A stretch of 64,000 nucleotides of DNA from Thalia democratica (lineage: Eukaryota), in the NCBI GenBank assembly GCA_965202585.1, contig OZ241834.1:25668001-25732000 (forward strand), in the 5' to 3' direction. The notes under the pieces are model-generated. The model made no database searches. It saw only the letters and a program-made list of their open reading frames with translations, and had not been told where the DNA came from. This document shows positions 1-11,418 of this stretch, piece after piece. The translations under genes were made by a program, and so were the position numbers. Position 1 is the stretch's first letter. Each line of letters starts with the position of its first letter.

Positions 1-837
1 GAAAAGAAAGTTAAAAGGCCTCGAAAAAGACACTCAAGTTAGTTAAAGCTTTTCACTAAGCATTCGATAATAGTAAGCAATAAAGTAAGGATTAGAGTAG
101 TTATCTAGCTAGAGTTCCCTTCTTAACAGTTGCATAAAAAAAGTATAGTAGAGAAATTGTAGCAAGCTAGGTATTTAATAAATAATGGGTTTATAGTTTG
201 GAGGGAAATAGTTTTTTGATTCTTTTTCACCACAAAGTTTATTAAGTGTGTGTATTTGTGTTGTTGAGTTTAGTAGTCATTAGTAGCTTGTGTATTAAAT
301 TGGTGATCCACCTAATCTTTAGATTCAAAAAGTACATAGCTTAAAACAAACAAGTATCGTCGTTTTGAGTTGTCTCATACATAGTTTAAAAAAGAGTTAC
401 AAAAAATGGTAACAAGCTGTTCCATTTTTATCTTGGAATCATGTCGTTATTTGTCATAGCCACAGAAAAAATGAGTTCAACAAAACAAGTATGAGCTTTG
501 TAAGCAGAAAGATTATTTCAATTGTATGTTTGTTTTAAACAATCACTGTTGTTTACATTACTGTTCAACTTTTAAACAGTTTTTTATTGTTTCATTTGCA
601 TTCTGATAAATAAAACTAATACTTATTTGACAATCAGACCTTAAATAAATATCATTGAGCATTTTTAGTATCAACGCAAAGTAAATTTTTCTTCTCATTT
701 AATACAATGTCTTATTTAAACATAGATTTTTATTTAGTGACAGATTTAAACTAACAACAAATATCTATTGAGTTTTTGAAAAACAAGTTTACAAAGTAAA
801 ATGAACTAGAATAAGTTTTGTTTAAACAATAAGTTAA

Positions 838-1492
838 ACAAGAAAATTCCCATTAAAAAACATTTTTACCTAACATTTAAATACTAGTGAAGCAGAAAAA
901 CTTATTCTACATTATCAAAAGTAGTTTAAAATGTCAAGTAGAACTACAAAAACTAAAGTAAGTGTAACTAACTAGTAGAAATAAAAACAGAGAAATTCAG
1001 TTTTAGAAAGTTTATTTAGAAGTTATTGAAATACACTAACTGTTACTTTTTACAAACACGCACAGTGTAGATATAAATTTGTACATTTTTTTGTCGCTTA
1101 GTTTAAGCTTGTTTGACACTGTTTACTCGACATTAGTAGCTGCTTAAATCAACTGGTGGTCCTGATTACTTTAGATATGTAGAAACATAACTTTCAACAA
1201 ACTACTAGAGTTGTTAAAGGTCAGTAAGTTGTCTCATATCTAGTTAAAACAAGTACATTTTACTTTGAAAACTAGAATAATAAATTACTTAAAAAAGTAC
1301 AAGCAGTCACTTTTTTGTGTTTTACCAAGTTTCAACCAATGAGCTGGTTTGTTTTGTGTGTTTATGTTTTGAATTGAAAATGTTTCTTGAATATGCTAAA
1401 CAGAAGTGAGCTTTGAAAGAAGGAATATGTTATTTTACTTGAAAAACACATCTGTAATTTTTTGTTTTGAACAACCATTTTTGTATTCATTT
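838..1492. other. 655-bp segment specific to the long spacer form (also 34601-35255 and 55414-56066)
   Basis: Lies between the shared flanks ATAAGTTAA and ATGTATTCG; replaced by a 37-bp filler (e.g. 8060-8096) in the other spacers. Confidence 0.9.
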
Positions 1493-2027
1493 ATGTATTC
1501 GTAACTTTTTAAAACGTGTTACATGACTTCAATTGCAATTAAATTGATAAGAAGAACTCGTTTAAAAAGTTAAAGCTCGGTTGTGTTACTAATAATCAAC
1601 AACAACTTAAAATAAAGTTACAACTAAGTTTTTGCATGTTATAAGTGATATACATTTTCGTTTAAAGATGATACTTTTTTGTAAGCACTTATTTATTGAA
1701 TGTTTCAACAGAACTTCAGCAAATGAATAAAAACAAGTGTTTTGTACAAAAAGTATTCAGATGAAAGATCTTACGGACAACAAAATCAAGTTAGTTAAAC
1801 ATCTTTTACAAACCATTTGATTACAACACTACTACTGTTTTTAGACTAATGCAATGCTTTTTCTACAACATAACGAGTTACAAATTTATAAAGCATTTAA
1901 AACAATAAAAATAGTGTGTTTATTTAAGTATATGAGTTTTTAATTTACACAAATAAGAATTTATTTGTACTAAGCTTATATTCTTGTACTTTAAGTAAAC
2001 ATGAACAGCTGGTTCTATTCAAATGGT

Positions 2028-2043
2028 GGTCCTAAAAAGGACC
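2028..2043 (-). terminator. Histone 3' stem-loop of H2B (present in every unit)
   Basis: Minus strand GGTCCT-TTTT-AGGACC followed by ACCA, 13 nt after the stop codon. Confidence 0.95.
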
Positions 2044-2056
2044 GGTTGTTTAGCGT

Positions 2057-2416
2057 TTATTTTGAGCTGGTGTATTTGGTAACAGCTTTAGTTCCTTCTG
2101 AAACTGCGTGCTTTGACAACTCGCCGGGGAGCAAGAGCCTGACAGCAGTTTGAATTTCGCGGCTGCTAACAGTTGACCTCTTGTTGTAATGAGCCAAACG
2201 TGAAGCCTCTGCTGCAATGCGCTCGAAGATGTCGTTGACAAATGAGTTCATGATTCCCATTGCCTTGCTGGAAATTCCGGTGTCGGGGTGCACTTGCTTC
2301 AAAACTTTGTACACGTAGATGCCAAAGCTTTCTTTGTTCCTCCTCCTTCGCTTCTTCTTGCCGTCGACCGGAGCGGTCTTGGCTACTGACTTCTTCGCGC
2401 CTTTGGTTGCTGTCAT
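2057..2416 (-). CDS. H2B: Histone H2B, unit 1 (119 aa)
   Basis: MTATKGAKK...[14 protein letters not shown]...AVTKYTSSK; start set at the ATG downstream of the TATA box (ORF-track extension runs through the promoter). Confidence 0.97.
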   Translation of the reverse strand: MTATKGAKKSVAKTAPVDGKKKRRRRNKESFGIYVYKVLKQVHPDTGISSKAMGIMNSFVNDIFERIAAEASRLAHYNKRSTVSSREIQTAVRLLLPGELSKHAVSEGTKAVTKYTSSK

Positions 2417-2447
2417 GATGATGTGTGGACTTCTGTCTCGGCGCCGG

Positions 2448-2492
2448 TTTATATGCTGTAAAATTATGCAAATTAGCATAGTTCCGTACGCG
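2448..2492 (-). promoter_or_regulatory. H2B promoter: TATA-like box, inverted octamer element and CGCG box
   Basis: CATATAAA (minus strand, 2448-2455); TATGCAAATTAG 2465-2476; CCGTACGCG 2484-2492. Confidence 0.75.
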
Positions 2493-2550
2493 AACGATAG
2501 CTGGTTTCTCTCACTTCACAATTCTCTAGTTTGTTGTAAATATTTTTGGT

Positions 2551-2566
2551 GGTCCTGAAAAGGACC
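2551..2566 (-). terminator. Histone 3' stem-loop of H2A (present in every unit)
   Basis: Minus strand GGTCCT-TTTC-AGGACC followed by ACCA. Confidence 0.95.
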
Positions 2567-2580
2567 TGGTTTTTTTTAAC

Positions 2581-2961
2581 TTAGGCTGACTTTTTTGAAG
2601 CGGTCTTCTTAGGCAATAGTACTGCCTGGATGTTTGGAAGAACACCACCTTGAGCAATTGTGACGCCTCCGAGAAGTTTGTTCAACTCTTCGTCGTTGCG
2701 AATAGCTAGTTGCAAATGGCGAGGAATGATCCTGCTTTTCTTGTTGTCACGAGCAGCGTTACCGGCAAGCTCGAGCACTTCTGCGCTCAAGTACTCGAGA
2801 ACGGCAGCCAGATAAACTGGAGCACCAGCTCCGACTCTTTGGCTGTAGTTGCCGGTGCGCAACAGGCGGTGCACGCGACCGACTGGAAACTGCAGTCCTG
2901 CACGGGAAGACCTGCTCTTCGGCTTAGATTTGAGTTTTGATCCTTTACCACGTCCTGACAT
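2581..2961 (-). CDS. H2A: Histone H2A, unit 1 (126 aa, canonical type, no SQ(E/D) H2A.X tail)
   Basis: MSGRGKGSK...AGLQFPVGR...[12 protein letters not shown]. Confidence 0.97.
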   Translation of the reverse strand: MSGRGKGSKLKSKPKSRSSRAGLQFPVGRVHRLLRTGNYSQRVGAGAPVYLAAVLEYLSAEVLELAGNAARDNKKSRIIPRHLQLAIRNDEELNKLLGGVTIAQGGVLPNIQAVLLPKKTASKKSA

Positions 2962-3000
2962 TTTGTTGTTCGAATGATTGTGATGATAGCTTGCACAGCT

Positions 3001-3050
3001 CAATATACAACGCATACCTAACCGCGTCGAACGAAAAACTAATTTGCATA
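3001..3050 (-). promoter_or_regulatory. H2A promoter: weak, variable TATA position, CGCG box and octamer element
   Basis: CGCG 3023-3026; CTAATTTGCATA 3039-3050. Confidence 0.7.
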
Positions 3051-3110
3051 TGTCATAGCTAATGCTTAATCTTGTCAAAAGTGTTGTAAAACTTTTATAT
3101 TGAATTAGGT

Positions 3111-3126
3111 GGTCCTAAAAAGGACC
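3111..3126 (-). terminator. Histone 3' stem-loop of H4 (present in every unit)
   Basis: Minus strand GGTCCT-TTTT-AGGACC followed by ACC. Confidence 0.95.
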
Positions 3127-3143
3127 GGGTTTGCTAAAAGCGA

Positions 3144-3543
<400 letters not shown>

Positions 3544-3605
3544 CTCAAAAAAGTCTTACATTTTTTCGTTTGGTTAAGTTTTTCTCACTGTCAAAGTTTT
3601 AAGGT

Positions 3606-3621
3606 GGCCCTGAAAAGGACC
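3606..3621 (-). terminator. Histone 3' stem-loop of H3 (U.G wobble in the stem; present in every unit)
   Basis: Minus strand GGTCCT-TTTC-AGGGCC followed by ACC. Confidence 0.93.
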
Positions 3622-3636
3622 GGTTTTAGCTAACGC

Positions 3637-4140
<504 letters not shown>

Positions 4141-4195
4141 TTTTCAACTTAGCATCGTTTTATGCATTTTGAGCTGCGTTATATTTTGTTTGAGT

Positions 4196-4211
4196 GGTCC
4201 TGAAAAGGACC
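4196..4211 (-). terminator. Histone 3' stem-loop of H1 (present in every unit)
   Basis: Minus strand GGTCCT-TTTC-AGGACC followed by ACTC. Confidence 0.94.
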
Positions 4212-4228
4212 TTGGGTAAAAGAACAAC

Positions 4229-4792
4229 TTATTTTTTGCAGCTCTTCTTCTTGGATGCTTTTTTGGCTGCCGGCTTCTTCTTGGTTACTTTCTTCTTCTT
4301 GCTTGCAGCTTTTTTAGATGCTGCCTTCTTAGGAGCGCACTTTTTAGCAGGTCGCTTTTTGGCTGCTGGTTTTTTTGCAGCCTTCTTGGGAGCACACTTC
4401 TTTTTTGGTTTTTTAGCTGGGGCCTTCTTTGCTGCTGGCTTTTTAGCTACTTTCTTTGTCCTCTTCTTGGGCCCAGCAGCTGGCATTGGAGCAAGCTTGA
4501 ACGAGCCAGAAGCGCCTTTTCCAGTTGTCTGGAGAAAAGCACCTTTGGTCACGCCGCTGGTAAGTGCTCTCTTCAAGTGAGAATTGGAAGCTGTGAGGTC
4601 AAGCTTGTAGGTGTCCGCGATAAACTTTTGTATCTTCTGGCGGGATGTACCTTTTCGTTCCTTCATTGCTCCAAGGGCGGAGCTAATCATTTCCCTGTAA
4701 GTAGGGTGCTCTGCCTTCTTGGCGCTTGGTCTCTTGGAAGACCTGGCTGCGGCTGGCGCTGGTACTGCTGCTACTGCTGTGGTAGACATCAT
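4229..4792 (-). CDS. H1: Linker histone H1, unit 1 (start at 4792 or at the conserved ATG 4789)
   Basis: Globular domain HPTY.EMI..AL..MKERKG.S...GKGASGSFKL plus a Lys/Ala/Pro-rich tail. Confidence 0.95.
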   Translation of the reverse strand: MMSTTAVAAVPAPAAARSSKRPSAKKAEHPTYREMISSALGAMKERKGTSRQKIQKFIADTYKLDLTASNSHLKRALTSGVTKGAFLQTTGKGASGSFKLAPMPAAGPKKRTKKVAKKPAAKKAPAKKPKKKCAPKKAAKKPAAKKRPAKKCAPKKAASKKAASKKKKVTKKKPAAKKASKKKSCKK

Positions 4793-6699
4793 GAATGAAT
4801 ATTAAAGCGACCAAAACGATACTTGCAAGAGTTACTGACTGTGACGAATTGACTGTTGAGCAGTTATGCTTTGCAAGGTACCTTTTACTTCTTAATATAA
4901 GCATTAGCATGTTTGTTTAAGACATATATGCTTATAAAAACTTAGTTGTCTTATTACGAATGTTGAAAAAGTTCCAGTAAGAAAGAAACCATATCTAACT
5001 TGTTCTTAAAGTAATTTTTTTAAAAGCATTAGTTTGAAAAGTCCAGAAATAACAGCCTGTACCTTACAGCACACCTCTAAATACATTAAGAAAAACATAA
5101 ATGAAACAAAACATGTTAACACACTTCCGACTGAGTTTTCCTTTGCCGCTCACCTAAAGTAATAAAATTTTAACAAAGCTCGAGGTTTTTTTTACCTCAA
5201 ACTTAAACAAAACTTCTTTATTTTGATTTGATGGAGTTTTGTTAATCGTAAGTTCTATCAAGTATGTTCAAGTTAATTACAGTTTAAACTAATGCGTAAA
5301 AAGTAATTCCAAAAGAATAAAAGAGTTCATTTTGTTTAGCTTTACTAGTTATGATTACTCATAAGCAATGTACTCAAAACTTTTATTAAACAGACAACTA
5401 GATAACTTTGTTCTTGCACATACTAGTAACTTACCTTACAACAAAGTTTTCCAAAAAACCTTTCAAAAACGTGCTGTACAGTAAGTATGATGATACTTGT
5501 TTGAAAGTTGTAAACTACATTTAAACACAAATTTTATTTTTCAGTGTATATGAAAAACTAGTTTAACAGGTAAGTAGTTTAACATTCAATTAGTGTTTCA
5601 AACAACTGTTCAAGCTGTTATACAGTTTAAAAAATAACTGATGCAATTTTGCTCGTTAAACTTAAACCTTGATCAAACTAAGAACTTTAACTTTGCAGAT
5701 TTCAACCGAATAAAGTGTGCTGATAAAAGCGAACAAATGGATTTGGTTGTAAATTTTTCAAACAAAATAAAGTTAATTAAATTCAAAGAAGTAAATAAGT
5801 CGGAAAAGCTTATGAACACTAGCACTAAATTTGAACTTAAACAAAAGCTGATATCTTTTGGGTGAAAAATTTTACGTAAAAAAAGAGGTTGGTTTATTTT
5901 TTAAGCAGCGTTATACACAAAATAAAATCGAGTAAGAAAGTCGAAATGAAAAAGTTTTGAAATAAGATTGACAAACTTAGTGTTTGAATAAAGCTTTGTT
6001 TACAATCAGCACTCATAACCTTTCAATCTATCTTTGAAACTTTTTAAGTGGAAAATAATGCAATTAAGTTTTTTTTTCAAACTTTGTTTTGTCACTTCAC
6101 ATAAATTTAAAGTCAGTCGAAACAACATAGAACAACTTACTACTTTCTTGACACATATTTTGAAACAACAACAGTACTGTCTTTTAAAGTTTACGATTGA
6201 AGTATTTACCAAGTTAAACATGTGTTTTAACTGCTTTACTGCTAATAGTAATTTCCTAGTTTACTCAACCTAGATTAATCATAATGTTCTGTACTATTGA
6301 TTTCATTGACTAAATGTTTTGCTTTTCAAAGTTCGTAACTAGTTATCTCTAACTCACTGTTAATGTAGCTCAGAACACAACTTAGGCTAAGTTACATTTT
6401 ATTCTCGGATGTCGTTAAGAACATAGCTGTTGTAGCAATAACATATAAACTTGAAACAAAGTAACTGTTATCTTATTCAATTATAGACCATATAAAACAA
6501 AGTCTTTGCTTGATTCAAAGCTTTACATTGTCGTTTGCCTATTATGGAACTTGTACTATCACATAATAAGCTGTGAAAAAATGAAGGTTAAAAAAGTTTT
6601 GGTTTTGCTTTGTTCAATTTTTTCTTCTTCTTTAGATTTATAAAACTACACAGCTTAAAGCATAATTTTAGTTTTCTTATGTATAGCGTACATAAGAGT

Positions 6700-8100
6700 A
6701 ACAAACAAGTAAGTTTTTTACTTCTTTTCTTTGTATCATGCTTCAGCTAATCAAATGGTTTATTTCATATGCTTGACAAGATCAGAAAGCTTAAATCAAC
6801 TAAGTAGATGTAAGCTTTGTAAAATAAAAGATTTATTTATACAAGTTCATCATTTTATTAAGGTATTTTGTTGTGTAAATTGTGTACTTGTTAATAGTGT
6901 TCTCTTTCTTTTGAACAATCGATGTTGTTTACATTTATGTGTTACATCAGTTTTGAATTGTAAAGCATGTTTCAGTTGTAGTTTAATTGTAATTGAAAAG
7001 TATTTTTAAAGGACATTAAACATTTTAAAACGTTTTCAGTTAATAAGTCAAAGTTTTATTTCTATTTCAGTTTAAGCGTACTATTTTCATTGAAAAATAT
7101 AACTAGTTTTTACAGTGACGTAGGCACAGCTTTTTTAAATAAACTAAAAAACAAATGAAATATTGAATTAAAAAATTTCCACAAAGTAAGCATGAATGAG
7201 AATAAGTTTTGTTTTGAAAAGAAAGTTAAAAGGAAAAAGTCTACGAAAAAGACACTCAAGTTAGTTAAAGCTTTTCACTAAGCACTCATTAATAGTAAGC
7301 AATAAAGTAAGGATTAGAGCAGTTATCTAGCTAGAGTTCCCTTCTGAACAGTTGCATAAAAAAGTAAAGTAGAGAAATTGTAACAAGCTAGGTATTTAAT
7401 AAATAATGGGTTTATAGTTTGGAGGGAAATAGTTTTTTGATTCTTTTTCACCACAAAGTTGATTAAGTGTGTGTATTTGTGTTGTTGAGTTTAGTAGTCA
7501 TTAGTAGCTTGTGTAATTAATTGGTGATCCACCTAATCTTTAGATTCAAAAAGTACATAGCTTAAAACAAACAAGTATAGTCGTTTAAGTTACAAAAAAT
7601 GGTAACAAGCTGTTCTTTTTTACCTTTGAACCATTTCGTAATTTGTCATAGCCACAGAAAAAAATGAGTTCAACAAAACAAGTATGATCTTTGTAAAGAG
7701 AAAGATTATTTCAATTGTATGTTTGTTTTAAACAATCACTGTTGTTTACATTTATTTGATTGTTCAACTTTTAAACAGATCTTTATTGTTTCATTTGCAT
7801 TCTGATAAATAAGACTAATACACTTTTGACAATCAAACCTCCGTTAAATAACTACCATTGAGTATTTTTAATATCAATGCAAAGTAAAGTTTAATATAAG
7901 TCTCATTTAATATAATGTCTTATTTAAGCATAAATTTTTATGTAGTGACAGATCATTGTTTTTTTAATTAAACTAACAACAAATATCTATTGAGTGTTTT
8001 TAAATCAAGTCTACAAAACAAAACGAATAAGAATGAGTTTTGTTTAAACAATAAGTTAATTGTATTAATAAGTAATGTAAGTAATTGTAATAAGTAATGT
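6700..8100. repeat. Decayed direct subrepeat (~0.82-0.92 kb period) inside each spacer
   Basis: 6909-6938 vs 7726-7755 match at 27/30; 278-288 = 1131-1141; 368-379 = 1227-1238. Boundaries approximate. Confidence 0.7.
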
Positions 8101-8672
8101 ATTCGTAACTTTTTTAAACGTGTTACATGTCTTCAATTGCAATTAAATTGATAAGAAGAACATGTTCAAAAAGTTAAAGCTCGGTTGTGTTACTAAAAAT
8201 CAACAACAACTTAAAAATAAAGTCAAAACTAAGACTTTGCTGGTTATAAGTGATATACATTTTTGTTTAAAAAGATGACACTTTTTTGTAAGCACTTATT
8301 TATTGAACTTTTTAACAGAACTTCAACAAATGAATAAAAGAAAGTCTTTTGTATAAAACGTATTCAGATGAAAAATCTTACGGACAACATAATCAAGTTA
8401 GCTAAACCTCTTTTACAAAGCATTTGATTACAAGCACTACTACTGTTTTTATCATATTAGACTAATGCAATGCTTTTTATACAACATAACGAGTTACAAA
8501 TTTATAAAGCATTTAAAACAATAAAAATAGTGTGTTTATTTAAGTATTTGAATTTTTTATTTACACAAATAAGAACTTATTTGTACTAAGCTTATATTCT
8601 TGTACTTTAAGTAAGCATGAACAGCTGGTTCTATTCTAATGGTGGTCCTAAAAAGGACCGGTTGTTGAGCGT

Positions 8673-9032
8673 TTATTTTGAGCTGGTGTATTTGGTAACA
8701 GCTTTAGTTCCTTCTGAAACTGCGTGCTTTGACAACTCGCCGGGGAGCAAGAGCCTGACAGCAGTTTGAATTTCGCGGCTGCTAACAGTTGACCTCTTGT
8801 TGTAATGAGCCAAACGTGAAGCCTCTGCTGCAATGCGCTCGAAGATGTCGTTGACAAATGAGTTCATGATTCCCATTGCCTTGCTGGAAATTCCGGTGTC
8901 GGGGTGCACTTGCTTCAAAACTTTGTACACGTAGATGCCAAAGCTTTCTTTGTTCCTCCTCCTTCGCTTCTTCTTGCCGTCGACCGGAGCGGTCTTGGCT
9001 ACTGACTTCTTCGCGCCTTTGGTTGCTGTCAT
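8673..9032 (-). CDS. H2B: Histone H2B, unit 2
   Basis: Protein identical to unit 1. Confidence 0.97.
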   Translation of the reverse strand: MTATKGAKKSVAKTAPVDGKKKRRRRNKESFGIYVYKVLKQVHPDTGISSKAMGIMNSFVNDIFERIAAEASRLAHYNKRSTVSSREIQTAVRLLLPGELSKHAVSEGTKAVTKYTSSK

Positions 9033-9196
9033 GATGATGTGTGGACTTCTGTCTCGGCGCCGGTTTATATGCTGTAAAATTATGCAAATTAGCATAGTTC
9101 CGTACGCGAACGATAGCTGGTTTCTCTCACTTCTCAATTCTCTCGTTTGTTGTAAATATTTTTGGTGGTCCTGAAAAGGACCTGGTTTTTTTTAAC

Positions 9197-9577
9197 TTAG
9201 GCTGACTTTTTTGAAGCGGTCTTCTTAGGCAATAGTACTGCCTGGATGTTTGGAAGAACACCACCTTGAGCAATTGTGACGCCTCCGAGAAGTTTGTTCA
9301 ACTCTTCGTCGTTGCGAATAGCTAGTTGCAAATGGCGAGGAATGATCCTGCTTTTCTTGTTGTCACGAGCAGCGTTACCGGCAAGCTCGAGCACTTCTGC
9401 GCTCAAGTACTCGAGAACGGTAGCCAGATAAACTGGAGCACCAGCTCCGACTCTTTGGCTGTAGTTGCCGGTGCGCAACAGGCGGTGCACGCGACCGACT
9501 GGAAACTGCAGTCCCGCACGGGAAGACCTGCTCTTCGGCTTAGATTTGAGTTTTGATCCTTTACCACGTCCTGACAT
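9197..9577 (-). CDS. H2A: Histone H2A, unit 2 (YLATVL; A53T)
   Basis: Translation; C>T at 9421. Confidence 0.97.
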   Translation of the reverse strand: MSGRGKGSKLKSKPKSRSSRAGLQFPVGRVHRLLRTGNYSQRVGAGAPVYLATVLEYLSAEVLELAGNAARDNKKSRIIPRHLQLAIRNDEELNKLLGGVTIAQGGVLPNIQAVLLPKKTASKKSA

Positions 9578-9761
9578 TTTGTTGTTCGAATGATTGTGAT
9601 GATAGCTTGCACAGCTCAGTATAAAACTCATACCTAACCGCGTCGAACGAAAAAACTAATTTGCATATGTCATAGCTAATGCTTAATCTTGTCAAAAAGT
9701 GTTGTAAAACTTTTATATTGAATTAGGTGGTCCTAAAAAGGACCAGGTTTGCCAAAAGCGA

Positions 9762-10109
<348 letters not shown>

Positions 10110-10262
10110 TTATATACAAGCTGTTACGGACGCGTACGGTTACTACTAACTAATTTGCATACTCAAAAAAGTCTCTTAACTTACATTTTTTTTGTTTGGT
10201 TAAGTTTTTCTCACTGTCAAAGCTTTAAGGTGGCCCTGAAAAGGACCGGTTTTAGCTAACGC

Positions 10263-10754
<492 letters not shown>

Positions 10755-10854
10755 CTAATTTGCATATTTTCAACTTAGCATTGTTTTATGCATTTTGAGT
10801 TACGTTATATTTTGTTAGAGTGGTCCTGAAAAGGACCTTGGGTAAAAGAACAAC

Positions 10855-11418
10855 TTATTTTTTGCAGCTCTTCTTCTTGGATGCTTTTTTGGCTGCCGGC
10901 TTCTTCTTGGTTACTTTCTTCTTCTTGCTTGCAGCTTTTTTAGATGCTGCCTTCTTAGGAGCGCACTTTTTAGCAGGTCGCTTTTTGGCTGCTGGTTTTT
11001 TTGCAGCCTTCTTGGGAGCACACTTCTTTTTTGGTTTTTTAGCTGGGGCCTTCTTTGCTGCTGGCTTTTTAGCTACTTTCTTTGTCCTCTTCTTGGGCCC
11101 AGCAGCTGGCATTGGAGCAAGCTTGAACGAGCCAGAAGCGCCTTTTCCAGTTGTCTGGAGAAAAGCACCTTTGGTCACGCCGCTGGTAAGTGCTCTCTTC
11201 AAGTGAGAATTGGAAGCTGTGAGGTCAAGCTTGTAGGTGTCCGCGATAAACTTTTGTATCTTCTGGCGGGATGTACCTTTTCGTTCCTTCATTGCTCCAA
11301 GGGCGGAGCTAATCATTTCCCTGTAAGTAGGGTGCTCTGCCTTCTTGGCGCTTGGTCTCTTGGAAGACCTGGCTGCGGCTGGCGCTGGTACTGCTGCTAC
11401 TGCTGTGGTAGACATCAT
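10855..11418 (-). CDS. H1: Histone H1, unit 2
   Basis: Protein identical to unit 1. Confidence 0.95.
   Translation of the reverse strand: MMSTTAVAAVPAPAAARSSKRPSAKKAEHPTYREMISSALGAMKERKGTSRQKIQKFIADTYKLDLTASNSHLKRALTSGVTKGAFLQTTGKGASGSFKLAPMPAAGPKKRTKKVAKKPAAKKAPAKKPKKKCAPKKAAKKPAAKKRPAKKCAPKKAASKKAASKKKKVTKKKPAAKKASKKKSCKK

Noticed and set aside
1155-1165. GGTGGTCCTGA, identical to half of the H2A stem-loop region, in the long spacer block
   Set aside because: Only one arm is present; it aligns with GGTGATCC at about 302 as part of the decayed subrepeat
2417-3078. N-terminal extensions of H2B (to 2479) and H2A (to 3078) in the ORF track
   Set aside because: The upstream ATGs lie in or beyond the TATA/octamer promoter elements and vary between units
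5064-5153. Minus-strand GTG-start frame VSGKGKLSRK..., resembling a histone N-terminus, with splice-like sites around it
   Set aside because: Similarity is limited to about 5 residues, there is no ATG, and the adjacent donor is lost in units 5-9
5182-5198. GAGGT-T7-ACCTC hairpin
   Set aside because: 5-bp stem; the outer pair is lost in units 5-9; expected by chance
5641-7009. 60-92 aa AT-rich spacer ORFs (MQFCSL..., MFNLVN..., MKLFKW..., MYHASA...)
   Set aside because: No recognisable domain, low-complexity composition, and truncated or frameshifted in units 5-9
7116-7122. TGACGTA CRE/ATF-like site in the spacer
   Set aside because: Single 7-mer far from any gene start, with no supporting context
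7640-7651. AATTTGTCATAG resembling the U7 Sm site (AAUUUGUCUAG) after a pyrimidine tract
   Set aside because: No 3' hairpin follows, and the motif is mutated in other spacers (TATTTGTC near 448, AACTTGTC in units 6 and 7)
4800-8640. 5S rRNA, tRNA or U1/U2 snRNA genes, which some invertebrate histone repeats carry in the spacer
   Set aside because: No A/B boxes, T-loop GGTTCGA, 5S or U1 5' signature seen on either strand by eye; an Infernal/tRNAscan run would be the definitive test
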